In this document: piece by piece, positions 1-8,826 of the stretch | Position numbering within the stretch: the stretch's first letter is position 1 | How the letters are laid out: each line of letters starts with the position of its first letter | Source: Sedimentisphaera cyanobacteriorum | GTDB taxonomy: Bacteria > Planctomycetota > Phycisphaerae > Sedimentisphaerales > Sedimentisphaeraceae | Length of the DNA: 32,000 bases | Direction of reading: 5' to 3' | NCBI RefSeq assembly: GCF_001997385.1 | Contig: NZ_CP019633.1 | Location: 1,920,001 to 1,952,000 of the forward strand | Notes under the pieces: model-generated | Seen by the model: the letters and a program-made list of their open reading frames with translations, nothing else | Told to the model about the DNA's origin: nothing | Databases searched by the model: none | Position numbers and translations under genes: made by a program

Positions 1-444
1 TCCCTAACCAGCGAGGAGCTCACAGAGGTTCGAAGGCTCAACGACATAAACGAAGAGATGATGCAGAATTGGGGGCTCTCAATACTCGATCTGCTTCTAA
101 AAGAAGAGAGAACTGTAGCAGGCGAGCTTAAGCCTATGAAGTTCCGCATTATCCACGGACAGGAAACTTTCTCTGCCGCCTCGCTTATCGAGGCTGCCGT
201 TGAGATTAGAGATTTCGGCAGCAGAGGAATTGAAATAAAGAGGTTCAAAGGGCTCGGCGAAATGAATGCAGACCAGCTCTGGGAAACCACGATGGACCCT
301 GAAAACAGGTCTATGCTTCGGGTGAATATTGAAGATGCTGCCGAGGCAGACCGGCTCTTCAGCATACTTATGGGTGAGGATGTTGAAAAGCGAAGAGGCT
401 TTATTACTGAACACGCCCTTGAAGTCCAGAATTTGGATGTCTAA
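1..444 (+). CDS. gyrB: DNA gyrase subunit B, C-terminal fragment (5' end outside the window)
   Basis: Frame 1 is open from base 1. The translation ends [65 protein letters not shown], the conserved tail of type IIA topoisomerase B subunits. The listed 58..444 ORF is only the first in-frame Met. Confidence 0.85.
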   Translation, partial: SLTSEELTEVRRLNDINEEMMQNWGLSILDLLLKEERTVAGELKPMKFRIIHGQETFSAASLIEAAVEIRDFGSRGIEIKRFKGLGEMNADQLWETTMDPENRSMLRVNIEDAAEADRLFSILMGEDVEKRRGFITEHALEVQNLDV

Positions 445-499
445 GTTTGCGTATAGTGATTAGTTGAAAGATTGTTTAATTGAAAGTGCAGGTTTACAA

Positions 500-1210
500 A
501 TGAGGATTGCAGCTTATACATTACTGATAGCTTTGGTTTCTGTTTCGCTTACCGGCTGTGCAATGTTTGACGGCTCCGATAAGGATAAGCAGGATAAGTC
601 TCAGCAGATTAGCAAAACGCCAAAACAGCTAAGATACGAAGAGCTGAATGAAGAGATTGACCGTGATTTTGATGACGCTGAAGCTCATTACCAGCTTGCT
701 AAGCTGTATATGACAGACCGCAGGTTTTCAAAAGCCGATTACCATCTGGAAATCGCATTGAATTTCAAACCGATGCTCAGAGAAGCCCAGGCTTCTCAGG
801 TGAAGGTGAACCAGCTTCTCGGAAACGACAGCAAGGCTGCCCAGCTTGCCGAGATATACATAAACCAGACAAAATCAAAGGCAGAAGAAGCCCTTCTGCT
901 CGGGCAGGGATTCCAGAATGAAGGGCTTGATGAATACGCCTTCGACTGCTACCAGAACGCCCTTGCACTCGCTCCGGATTCTGCTGTTCTCAATAAGCAG
1001 GTGGGATACTACTACCTCGACCAGGGCGACAGATCACGTGCTGAGGTTTATCTCAAAAAGAGTATTCAGTTAGACCCTTACCAGCCGGATGTGTCTAATG
1101 AACTCGGGAAGATGGGCGTTAGCGTGGAAGTTCCGAAGACAAAAAAATCAAGCGGATTCAGCCTCGACAGGCTTTTTAAGAAAAATGAGGAAAAAAGCGG
1201 CCAGAACTGA
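500..1210 (+). CDS. TPR-repeat lipoprotein
   Basis: Lies within ORF 464..1210. The preferred start, ATG 500, gives MRIAAYTLLIALVSVSLTGC with a lipobox (LTG/C). TPR-like repeats are present, e.g. AEAHYQLAKLYMTDRRFSKADYHLEIALNFKP and GYYYLDQGDRSRAEVYLKKSIQLDP. Confidence 0.75.
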   Translation: MRIAAYTLLIALVSVSLTGCAMFDGSDKDKQDKSQQISKTPKQLRYEELNEEIDRDFDDAEAHYQLAKLYMTDRRFSKADYHLEIALNFKPMLREAQASQVKVNQLLGNDSKAAQLAEIYINQTKSKAEEALLLGQGFQNEGLDEYAFDCYQNALALAPDSAVLNKQVGYYYLDQGDRSRAEVYLKKSIQLDPYQPDVSNELGKMGVSVEVPKTKKSSGFSLDRLFKKNEEKSGQN

Positions 1211-1269
1211 TGGCTCTGGCCTGAGATTAGCCGGAAGGCGCCGGCGGAATAGTTCGTGAAGGATGTACG

Positions 1270-3858
1270 ATGACAGGTCGTGAGCTGTTAAAAATAGCTG
1301 CAGAGCTCTTAATTATAGTTCTGCTTTTTCTCGCAGCCGCCAGCTGCGTAAGTTTTGATATATATGACCCTCCCGGGGGGTATTCATACCCTCTCAACGA
1401 CCCCCCTGCAAACTGGCTTAATTTGCCCGGGGCTTATTTCTCGCATTATGCCCTGTATTATATCGGGCCGGGGATTTATGTGATTCTCGGCACTCTTATC
1501 TTTCTGCTTGCCTCGGATATGTTCGGCCGTCCGGCAGGTCAGATTCCTTTTAGAATAGCTGGTATGCTTTTGCTTTGTGCGGCTGTTTCTGCTGCAGCGG
1601 GCTGTTATTCAAAGTTCAACTTTTCCCCGGATGCATTCCCCGTAGGCCGTGCGGGCGTTTTAGGAACATTCCTGGCAGAATGGCTCGGAAGAACTATAGG
1701 CCAGCTCGGCAGGTTTGCAATTATGCTTGCTGCAACGCTTATCGGGCTCATTTTCATTGCAGACAGCCTTGTTGCTGCATTTTTCAAGGGGCTTTGGGGC
1801 TTTTTGTTCTCGTCTTCGAAAAAGCCTGCCAAAAACGGCAAAACGAAAAAGGCTGCTCGTAAACTCGCTAAGGAAGAAACGCAAACAGAGAAGGCTAAAG
1901 AAAAGAAGGCTGGATTTTTTGCCAAAATAAAAGAGAAGAAGAAAGCAAAACAGCAAGAAGCCCCCCAAGCAGCAGAGGATGAAATTCCCATCCGGCAAGA
2001 GGAGCCTGAGAAAACTGAGAAGAAGGAAAGAAAAGAGTTTGAAATCAGCAGAGGCAGGCAGGATATCGAGCCTTATCAGCTTCACCCTGAGCAAACCTCA
2101 GAATCCGTTGAGATTATACCAGACCCTGACAGAGTTGATGTTATAGATGTTTCCTCCAGCAAAGACCCGGAAGAAGAAGGCCCCGAGAAGGATAATAAAA
2201 AAAACGCAGAAGCAAAGAAAAACAATAAGCCCAAGAAGAAATCAAAACCAAGCAGTCCTGAGGACGACATAACAGAAGACTACAAGAAGTATGTGCTTCC
2301 GCATATCAATCTTCTTGAAGAGCCGGAGAAGGATTTTGCCTCCCGCCTTGAAGTGATGGTTCGTGAAAAGGCAGACAGGCTTCAGGAAACCCTCGATAAT
2401 TTCAAGGTGGATGCATCGGTTATCAATGCCGAACCCGGCCCGACTATAACGCTCTACGAGATAGAGCTTTCAGCGGGGATGAGGGTGAATAAGATTTCCA
2501 ATCTTGCAGATGATATAGCAAGGGCTCTGGCTGTGCCGGTAGTGAGGGTGGTTTCCCCGCTTCCGGGCAAGGATACGATCGGCATAGAAGTTCCAAACAG
2601 CGAACGCGAGACCGTTCGGCTCAAAGACCTTATCCAGCGTGCTGGAAAAGTGCCTGTGAAGATGAAGGTTCCGATTTTCCTCGGCAAGGATTCTTCCGGC
2701 TCTGTGCTTGTGGCAGATCTTGCCGATATGCCACACGGCCTTATCGCCGGTACTACAGGCTCGGGTAAGAGCGTGTGCATAAACACAATAATAACAAGCA
2801 TCCTTCTCACCAGAAAGCCCAACGAGGTTAAGCTTGTGCTGATTGATCCAAAACAGATTGAGATGACGATGTTTGAGGGGCTGGCTCATTTGATGTGTCC
2901 GATTGTCAGCGATATGAATCAGAGCTCGAGGATACTTGAATGGGCGGTCGGCAAAATGGAAGAACGCTATGCAATTTTCAATGAGGCCAGAGTTAAAAAT
3001 ATTTCAGAGTTCAACGAGCTTTCCAGCGAAGAGATATACAAAAGGCTCGGGGCAGAAACACCCGAGGAGCAGCTCAAGGTCCCCGAGAGGATGCCTTATC
3101 TTGTGCTTATAGTCGATGAGCTCTCAGACCTTATGATGACAAACGGCAAGGAAGTGGAGGAGTATGTAGTCCGGCTTACTCAGAAAAGCCGTGCGGCAGG
3201 TATTCACGTAATCCTCGCCACACAGCGCCCGCAGGCATCGGTTGTAACCGGTCTTATAAAATCCAACCTGCCCGGGAGAATCAGCTTCAAGGTGGCCTCA
3301 AGGATGGACAGCAGGATCATTCTTGATAAGGTGGGCGCCGAAACGCTCCTCGGAAAGGGCGATATGCTCTATCTGCACCCCAAAACAAGCGAGCTGATAA
3401 GGGCTCAGGGAGCGTTTCTATCAAACGAAGAGATTTCACGCGTGGTAACGAAGATAAGAGAGCAGGCAGGCCCGAACTACAGCAGGGAGCTTGTTCAGCT
3501 CAATAAGGTTTCAGCGGACGGGGTAGAGAAGGATGAATATTTCGACGAGGCAGTGAGAATAGTTTTGGCAACAAAGCGGGGAAGCGTGTCTCTGCTCCAG
3601 AGAAAGCTCGCCATAGGATACGGCCGAGCATCGAGAATTGTTGATATGATGGCTGAATCGGGTATTATAGGCGAACATAAAAACGCTCAGGCAAGGGAAG
3701 TTTTGATCACCCCGGAAGAATGGGAGCGTATTAAGGAAGGCGATGATATTGCTGATATTCGCAGCGAAGACCAGCAGGAAAGCGAAGACCAGCCGTCTGA
3801 GGAGCAAGAAAACGCCTCTCAGGAACAAAGTCTGCCTTGGGATGAACAGAATGAATAG
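1270..3858 (+). CDS. ftsK: DNA translocase FtsK/SpoIIIE
   Basis: 862 aa. It has N-terminal membrane helices and a Lys/Glu-rich low-complexity linker (about 1800-2270). The motor domain has Walker A GTTGSGKS and Walker B LVLIVDELSDLM. The gamma winged helix reads SVSLLQRKLAIGYGRASRIVDMMAESGIIG. AAGGA lies upstream of the ATG. Confidence 0.95.
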   Translation: MTGRELLKIAAELLIIVLLFLAAASCVSFDIYDPPGGYSYPLNDPPANWLNLPGAYFSHYALYYIGPGIYVILGTLIFLLASDMFGRPAGQIPFRIAGMLLLCAAVSAAAGCYSKFNFSPDAFPVGRAGVLGTFLAEWLGRTIGQLGRFAIMLAATLIGLIFIADSLVAAFFKGLWGFLFSSSKKPAKNGKTKKAARKLAKEETQTEKAKEKKAGFFAKIKEKKKAKQQEAPQAAEDEIPIRQEEPEKTEKKERKEFEISRGRQDIEPYQLHPEQTSESVEIIPDPDRVDVIDVSSSKDPEEEGPEKDNKKNAEAKKNNKPKKKSKPSSPEDDITEDYKKYVLPHINLLEEPEKDFASRLEVMVREKADRLQETLDNFKVDASVINAEPGPTITLYEIELSAGMRVNKISNLADDIARALAVPVVRVVSPLPGKDTIGIEVPNSERETVRLKDLIQRAGKVPVKMKVPIFLGKDSSGSVLVADLADMPHGLIAGTTGSGKSVCINTIITSILLTRKPNEVKLVLIDPKQIEMTMFEGLAHLMCPIVSDMNQSSRILEWAVGKMEERYAIFNEARVKNISEFNELSSEEIYKRLGAETPEEQLKVPERMPYLVLIVDELSDLMMTNGKEVEEYVVRLTQKSRAAGIHVILATQRPQASVVTGLIKSNLPGRISFKVASRMDSRIILDKVGAETLLGKGDMLYLHPKTSELIRAQGAFLSNEEISRVVTKIREQAGPNYSRELVQLNKVSADGVEKDEYFDEAVRIVLATKRGSVSLLQRKLAIGYGRASRIVDMMAESGIIGEHKNAQAREVLITPEEWERIKEGDDIADIRSEDQQESEDQPSEEQENASQEQSLPWDEQNE

Positions 3859-3890
3859 TTTTTTGGTTTTAGTGCCGGCAGAAAAGAAAA

Positions 3891-4850
3891 ATGGCTTATA
3901 AAGGGAAAATAATAACTGTGGGAATCCGCCCTGCGTGGGATGTGCAGTTCTTTACAACCGGACTGAACTGGGGAGACCACAGACTTGTTGACAGCTATAA
4001 GCAGGAACCCGCGGGCAAGGCGCTGAACGTTTCCAAAGCGCTTTCATGGATGGGATACAGCTCTGTTGCTGCAGGATTATGGGGAGCGAGCGATTTTGAT
4101 GATATGCTCTTCGGCCTCAAGCCCTACACCCACTGCATAGACGTGCGCTTTACGCCGATTCAGGGAGCTACAAGGCGAAACGTCAGCATATTTGATACCA
4201 GCGAGAACAAGGAGCTTCATCTGAGAGTTCCCGGAGCCCTCGCTGCAAAAGCCGCAATCAAAAAGCTCTCCGACAGCCTTTTCAGCATTATAGATTCTGG
4301 TGATATCTGCGTATTTGCAGGCCCCCTGCCCGAGGAAAACCCCCTCTCCGAGCTGATTGTAGATCTTGTCTGGCAGTGCTCCAGAAGAGGGGCATATATA
4401 TTTCTGGATTCGAGCAGCAGAACATTTTCCAAAATATTCAGCCTCGGCTGCACCGAGCTTGTAAGCCCGAATAATGAGGAGCTTTCCGAGCTCAGCGGGT
4501 CTAAAGTAAAAACAGATGTTGAGTCTATAGCCAGAGCGGGAAAAAAATTACTGAAACAAACCTCGCAGGTTCTCGTAAGCCTTGGGGAAGAAGGCGCTCT
4601 TTTAATAACAAAAGAAGGCCTCTGGCGCAGCAGATTTACCGGAAAGCCCAAAGCTGTGCAAAGCACCGTTGGCTGCGGCGATTATCTGCTTGCGGGTTTT
4701 ATAGCGGGCAAATACGAAGATGATGATCCGGCTTATGCCCTCCAGAAAGGTCTGCTCGTGGCTACCTCGCGCGCCTTCGGGCTTATGGACGATGAGCCTT
4801 GGGAAGTGGAGCAGGAGCTTGAGATTGATACTGAATTCTTTCAGTACTAA
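3891..4850 (+). CDS. PfkB-family sugar-phosphate kinase (1-phosphofructokinase / tagatose-6-P kinase-like)
   Basis: 319 aa. The N-terminal ITVGIRPAWDV resembles the FruK TLNPAxD start. The C-terminal anion-hole motif GCGDYLLAGF corresponds to GAGDSxVAG of PfkB kinases. Confidence 0.8.
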   Translation: MAYKGKIITVGIRPAWDVQFFTTGLNWGDHRLVDSYKQEPAGKALNVSKALSWMGYSSVAAGLWGASDFDDMLFGLKPYTHCIDVRFTPIQGATRRNVSIFDTSENKELHLRVPGALAAKAAIKKLSDSLFSIIDSGDICVFAGPLPEENPLSELIVDLVWQCSRRGAYIFLDSSSRTFSKIFSLGCTELVSPNNEELSELSGSKVKTDVESIARAGKKLLKQTSQVLVSLGEEGALLITKEGLWRSRFTGKPKAVQSTVGCGDYLLAGFIAGKYEDDDPAYALQKGLLVATSRAFGLMDDEPWEVEQELEIDTEFFQY

Positions 4851-5669
4851 GTGGAGATAATTTTGATTACACTTTTAAGAATGCTGGCAGCACTGCCTTT
4901 GAAGGTCGTTGCGGCAATACTTACTATATTGCCGATTTTTGATAATGCGCCTCTTCTCAGGCTTATATGCCTGATTACCGGAAGTCCTGAGGATGTCCTT
5001 GTATATATTACAAGGCTTTCAACTCAGTTCGGCCCGGAAAAATACGAAGAAACTTTTCTCGATAATGCCGAAAAATTTGAGGATGTAAGGTTCGTTTCAA
5101 CCCTCGGATTTATGTATCTCGAAACGGGAAGCCTTCAGGGGCTTCGAAGGATACTTGATAAAACTGAGAGCATCTTTTCTGAAGAATCTGAGCTTTTGTA
5201 CCTTGAGCTTATGCTTGCCTCAAGGAATAATGACGAAAATAAGATTCAGCAGCTGGCTAAGAAGATTGTAAGCAGCTCCTCCAGCACAACTGAAGCCTCA
5301 GAGCTCGCTTACAACTGTTTATGCTGGAACTGTATAAAGCACAGAAAGTTTGACAAGGCAAGGCCTCTGGTTGATAAAATCCTTACGATTAAAGAATCGA
5401 GGATCGGCAGAATCGCAGCGGGCGTTCTTGCCTTTCAAGACGGCGATATAGACCTTGCAGAAAAGAATTTCGGGATAGCGGCAAGGGTGGATTTCAGATT
5501 TGCCCTTGAGCCTCTGATGGCTGAGGCGAGCTATGTGTGCGATGATATTAAAACTGCCGCAGAATATTTGAAGCAGGCAGTGAAGAAGGGAATTAAAATA
5601 CCGGAAAACGAGGAGATCTTGAATAAGATCAAGGAATCAGATGAATACAGGGAGGCGGGCTATGATTGA
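4851..5669 (+). CDS. hypothetical membrane-anchored helical-repeat (TPR-like) protein
   Basis: 272-aa ORF. Its GTG start directly abuts the pfkB-like TAA stop; ATG 4881 is an alternative. It has a hydrophobic N-terminus followed by an alpha-helical repeat-like sequence. I recognised no named family. Its 3' end overlaps the next gene by 8 nt. Confidence 0.55.
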   Translation: MEIILITLLRMLAALPLKVVAAILTILPIFDNAPLLRLICLITGSPEDVLVYITRLSTQFGPEKYEETFLDNAEKFEDVRFVSTLGFMYLETGSLQGLRRILDKTESIFSEESELLYLELMLASRNNDENKIQQLAKKIVSSSSSTTEASELAYNCLCWNCIKHRKFDKARPLVDKILTIKESRIGRIAAGVLAFQDGDIDLAEKNFGIAARVDFRFALEPLMAEASYVCDDIKTAAEYLKQAVKKGIKIPENEEILNKIKESDEYREAGYD

Positions 5670-6276
5670 GAGATTTGCATTCTTCCTCACTTTCCTTCCA
5701 GGGCTCATACTTGGGCTTACCGTCCACGAGGCCTCACATGCCTATGCCTCCGCAGCGCTTGGGGATAATCTTGCCAAGAACAAAGGCCGGCTCACACTGA
5801 ACCCGCTCAAGCATCTCTCACTGCTTGGGACACTCGCTTTGTTTGTTCTCGGTTTTGGCTGGGCAAAGCCGGTGCCGGTTAATCCTTTCAACTACCAGAA
5901 CCCGAAAAAGGACTATCTGCTAAGCTCGCTTGCCGGGCCAGCATCAAACCTTGCAATATGTGTTATATCTGCTTTCCTCATTCGAAGCGCAGGGATTACA
6001 AGCTTCGAGCAGGAGGCGGGCATCTGGGTGAGCATACTGATCGGTACGTATTTCGTGAATGCTATACTTGCTGTAATTAACCTTACGCCGATACCCCCGC
6101 TGGACGGAAGCAAGATATGGCCATGCATTATTCCGGGAGTTAAGCTCGTTATGCCGGCGAAAGTAACTATGGGCAGCTATTTAGCCCTGATTCTGCTGGT
6201 GGTAACTGGAGCGATTGAACCGGTTATTTTGAGCCTGCTTACGTTCTTTAAGTCTGCACTTTTCTTCGGCGTTTAA
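5662..6276 (+). CDS. peptidase M50 / site-2 protease family membrane metalloprotease
   Basis: HExxH motif in a TM helix (VHEASHAYAS) and the second metal-ligand motif NLTPIPPLDGSKI. The preferred start, ATG 5662, is preceded by GGAGG (5651-5655). The ORF track starts at 5641. Confidence 0.85.
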   Translation: MIERFAFFLTFLPGLILGLTVHEASHAYASAALGDNLAKNKGRLTLNPLKHLSLLGTLALFVLGFGWAKPVPVNPFNYQNPKKDYLLSSLAGPASNLAICVISAFLIRSAGITSFEQEAGIWVSILIGTYFVNAILAVINLTPIPPLDGSKIWPCIIPGVKLVMPAKVTMGSYLALILLVVTGAIEPVILSLLTFFKSALFFGV

Positions 6277-6376
6277 CTGTAAATTTTATTAATTTAAAGA
6301 TTTTTTCGTCAAAATCCGTCTTTCCAAACTATAAACTTATAGCGGGGATGAGAAGTTTGTCCCTGATTATGTATTT

Positions 6377-7543
6377 ATGTTTAATAAATGGAGCTTTACA
6401 GTGAAAAATAGATTTAGCGTTAAGTATTTAGTTTTTACCGCAGTTCTCTTAGCGGTTTCAGGTTCTGCCCTGTTTGCCGCAGGACACGAGTCAAGCGAGG
6501 ATTTTGAATTCCCCACATCAGATAAGGGAGCAAACTTCTATTTCACCAGCTTCCCGGACCTGTTCAATTGGAATATAGACTACCCCCAGCCGGGCTGGGA
6601 AGACGCTATGGACTGGTATCTGGGCGGTATGAAGAAAGAAGGCCCTGCATTTTCTCTGAATGCGGGAGATATTATGGACGCCAGATGGTGGGAAACCCCC
6701 GAGCAGGTTAGAAGAAAAACAAAACAGTATTGGGGCGGTTTTGCCAAGCGTTTTAGAGATAAAGACATTAGGCTCTTTATTGCCCCGGGCGACCACGAAT
6801 ACGGTGATGACGGAGGCCTTAATCGTCATAAAAATCTCGTTCCGGTTTATGCTGAGCAGTTTGTTAAGATATTCCGTATGCCGTTAAACGGCCCTGAGCA
6901 CAAAAAGGGGCTTGCATACTCATTCACTAAAGGCAATCTCGCTGTAATCTCCCTGGACCAATTCGAGGACAAAGGCGAGAAGATGGAAATGTCTGTATCC
7001 GGAAAACAGCTCGAATGGTTCGAGAATGAGCTGAAAAATTGCAGCGATAAGGATTTTATCATCGTTCAGGGGCATATGCCGGCAGCCGGCCCGGTTCGCA
7101 GCAAAAACTCAAGCGCTAATATGCTTAAAGGCGGAACAAACTCAGAATTCTGGAAAACAATGACTAAGTACGGCGTGGATGCGTATCTCTGCGGCGAGCA
7201 CCACCGAATCACCGCCAAGCGGGTGGACGGTATATGGCAGATTGTCCACGGCGCACTCTGGGGCACCCAGACAGACGTAAACTACCTCAGGGGCAGCGTT
7301 TTTGATGATAAGCTCGTTCTGGAGCTGTTCAAGTTTGATGTTAAATACAGCGGCGGACACATCGGCGACCATCCACACAGAAAACCGACCCACGCACCGA
7401 GAGAAAAGGTGGATATCTCGCAGGAGGCCAAGAAACACGGCCCAAATCTTGTGGGAAGGCTGATAATCGAAAAATCAGACAAAGGAAATATCACAACTCT
7501 CACCAGCGGGGCATTCCTGCCGGACTGGTATAAGCAGTTTTAG
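6377..7543 (+). CDS. secreted calcineurin-like metallophosphoesterase
   Basis: Motifs GDHEYGDD, GHMP and GEHHR. The signal-like N-terminus is VFTAVLLAVSGSALFAAG. An alternative start, GTG 6401, lies 7 nt after TGGAG. Confidence 0.8.
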   Translation: MFNKWSFTVKNRFSVKYLVFTAVLLAVSGSALFAAGHESSEDFEFPTSDKGANFYFTSFPDLFNWNIDYPQPGWEDAMDWYLGGMKKEGPAFSLNAGDIMDARWWETPEQVRRKTKQYWGGFAKRFRDKDIRLFIAPGDHEYGDDGGLNRHKNLVPVYAEQFVKIFRMPLNGPEHKKGLAYSFTKGNLAVISLDQFEDKGEKMEMSVSGKQLEWFENELKNCSDKDFIIVQGHMPAAGPVRSKNSSANMLKGGTNSEFWKTMTKYGVDAYLCGEHHRITAKRVDGIWQIVHGALWGTQTDVNYLRGSVFDDKLVLELFKFDVKYSGGHIGDHPHRKPTHAPREKVDISQEAKKHGPNLVGRLIIEKSDKGNITTLTSGAFLPDWYKQF

Positions 7544-7588
7544 ATGTGAAGATTTTCCCAGAAAACTTTTAATTTTTCCCCAACCAAA

Positions 7589-7626
7589 TAAAAAAGGCCC
7601 TCACTTCCCCTGAGGGCCTTTTTTAA
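7589..7626. terminator. bidirectional rho-independent terminator between convergent genes
   Basis: Perfect 9-bp stem aggccctca (7595-7603) / tgagggcct (7611-7619) with a 7-nt loop. It is flanked by an A-run upstream and a T-run downstream. Confidence 0.75.
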
Positions 7627-7660
7627 TTATTCACGATTTTTAAATCCGTTAGGGTGCAGC

Positions 7661-8371
7661 CTAAGCTCTGCGTCTTCTTATGAGCATTCCGCCGATTGCC
7701 AGAAGACTGAAAGACATAGGCTCCGGCACAAGCGAAAGTGTTTTGTCGTGCCTTTCCTCGGTGATGTAATAATCTTCGCCCTCTGTTAGAGTGGTATAGT
7801 CAACGTATTCCGATCCGTCCCAAACGTTAATCACGGTTGTTCCGTCACCACCAATTTCAGCCTCAAATGGGTCTGAAAGAGTTTGAAGAGTCAGTGAACC
7901 TTGAGCTCCTATATTTATCTCTAAACTGGCTCCGGCAAAAGTTTCAATATATCCAGCGTCCACATTGCCGTCTGTTATATTCAGAACGCCCAAATCCTCA
8001 TGAGTTCTAATCCTGCCACCGTGGTCTAAATTCCCGCCGTTTTCTATATTAACCGTGCTGGTTCTCTGCTGCTCTGAGCTGTCATATTGATTAAAGTGCA
8101 GCATACCTGATGAGGTAACTGAACTGTTATCTATAAGCAGGCTGCTTGATGCAGACTCCCCAACGCCCATAGAGCTGTCTAATTCAACAGAAGCTCCGTT
8201 CAGCACTTCTGCAGAAGCGCTGGCAGTATTACCTATTTTAAGCCAAGAATCGTTGATTGTTTCCAGTTTTGTTCCGCTGCCGGTCAAGGTAAGATTGCTG
8301 CCGGCAGTGTTATCTCCAGCGCCGATTATTACATTATCTACTGTAAGCGTAGCCCCGCCGCCCATTTCCAC
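7661..8371 (-). CDS. PEP-CTERM sorting-domain surface protein (body ORF; N-terminal part out of frame, see findings)
   Basis: The C-terminus is LVPEPMSFSLLAIGGMLIRRRRA*, i.e. a PEP motif, a TM helix and an Arg cluster. The body is Gly/Asn/Ser/Thr-rich with beta-helix-like repeats. The same frame stays open upstream to 8548 but has no start codon before GTG 8377 / ATG 8371. Confidence 0.8.
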   Translation of the reverse strand: MEMGGGATLTVDNVIIGAGDNTAGSNLTLTGSGTKLETINDSWLKIGNTASASAEVLNGASVELDSSMGVGESASSSLLIDNSSVTSSGMLHFNQYDSSEQQRTSTVNIENGGNLDHGGRIRTHEDLGVLNITDGNVDAGYIETFAGASLEINIGAQGSLTLQTLSDPFEAEIGGDGTTVINVWDGSEYVDYTTLTEGEDYYITEERHDKTLSLVPEPMSFSLLAIGGMLIRRRRA

Positions 8372-8514
8372 TTCCGAGGCCTGATCATAGCCGCTGTAGC
8401 CGATATAAAGTTCTTTGCTGGAGTCAACATTGTCCCAGTCTATCGGGGGCTGACCGTTGTAATCCTGAGAAACTCCGCCTGTGTCTGTTATGTAGCCGCC
8501 AAAACATAAACCTG

Positions 8515-8571
8515 CTAAAAAAACAGCGGAATAACAGCAGCAGTAAGCCTAAAACACCTTCTAAATCCCAT
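8515..8571 (-). other. detached signal-peptide mini-ORF of the PEP-CTERM gene (frameshifted 5' end)
   Basis: ATG at 8571 encodes MGFRRCFRLTAAVIPLFF and stops at TAG 8517-8515, inside a T7 run (plus-strand A7 at 8517-8523). One extra T would read ...PLFFLAGLCFGGYITDTGG... straight into the 7661..8371 frame. Confidence 0.5.
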
Positions 8572-8600
8572 AATCAAAACCTTTCTAATCTTTGGATACA

Positions 8601-8681
8601 AAATACGAACAACTGTTTTTTTACTAGTAAATATACAGCTTTATTTGAACCCTAAAAGATATAATCCTATTTGTCAAGGAT
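8601..8681. repeat. left copy of 81-nt direct repeat (target-site duplication of the IS)
   Basis: aaatacgaacaactgtttttttactag...ctatttgtcaaggat is identical base for base to 10554..10634. It abuts the IS left inverted repeat. Confidence 0.9.
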
Positions 8682-8696
8682 CCTGACTTCGGCGGT
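8682..8696. repeat. IS left terminal inverted repeat
   Basis: cctgacttcggcggt is the exact reverse complement of 10539-10553. Confidence 0.85.
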
Positions 8697-8790
8697 ATGA
8701 TTGTGGAAAACTCTGCAAAAAGTGCGTTTTGAGGCTGTTATGAGGGTTTGTTAAGTTCGGTTCGCTCGTAGTGCCTAATTTTTTATTTTT

Positions 8791-8818
8791 TTGACACAAT
8801 GTTTTGATTTCGTATAAT
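8791..8818 (+). promoter_or_regulatory. candidate sigma70-type promoter of the transposase gene
   Basis: TTGACA (8791-8796), a 16-nt spacer, then TATAAT (8813-8818). The transposase ATG is at 8827, with no Shine-Dalgarno sequence in between. Confidence 0.55.
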
Positions 8819-8826
8819 CTGCATTT

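Noticed and set aside
58-444. The 128-aa ORF listed as a stand-alone gene.
   Set aside because: The frame is open to base 1 and the sequence is the C-terminus of GyrB, so it is a truncated view of a larger gene.
1800-2270. A repetitive aag/gaa-rich stretch that at first glance looks like a tandem repeat or array.
   Set aside because: It is in frame within ftsK and encodes the usual Lys/Glu/Pro-rich linker. There are no exact repeating units or spacer-like periodicity.
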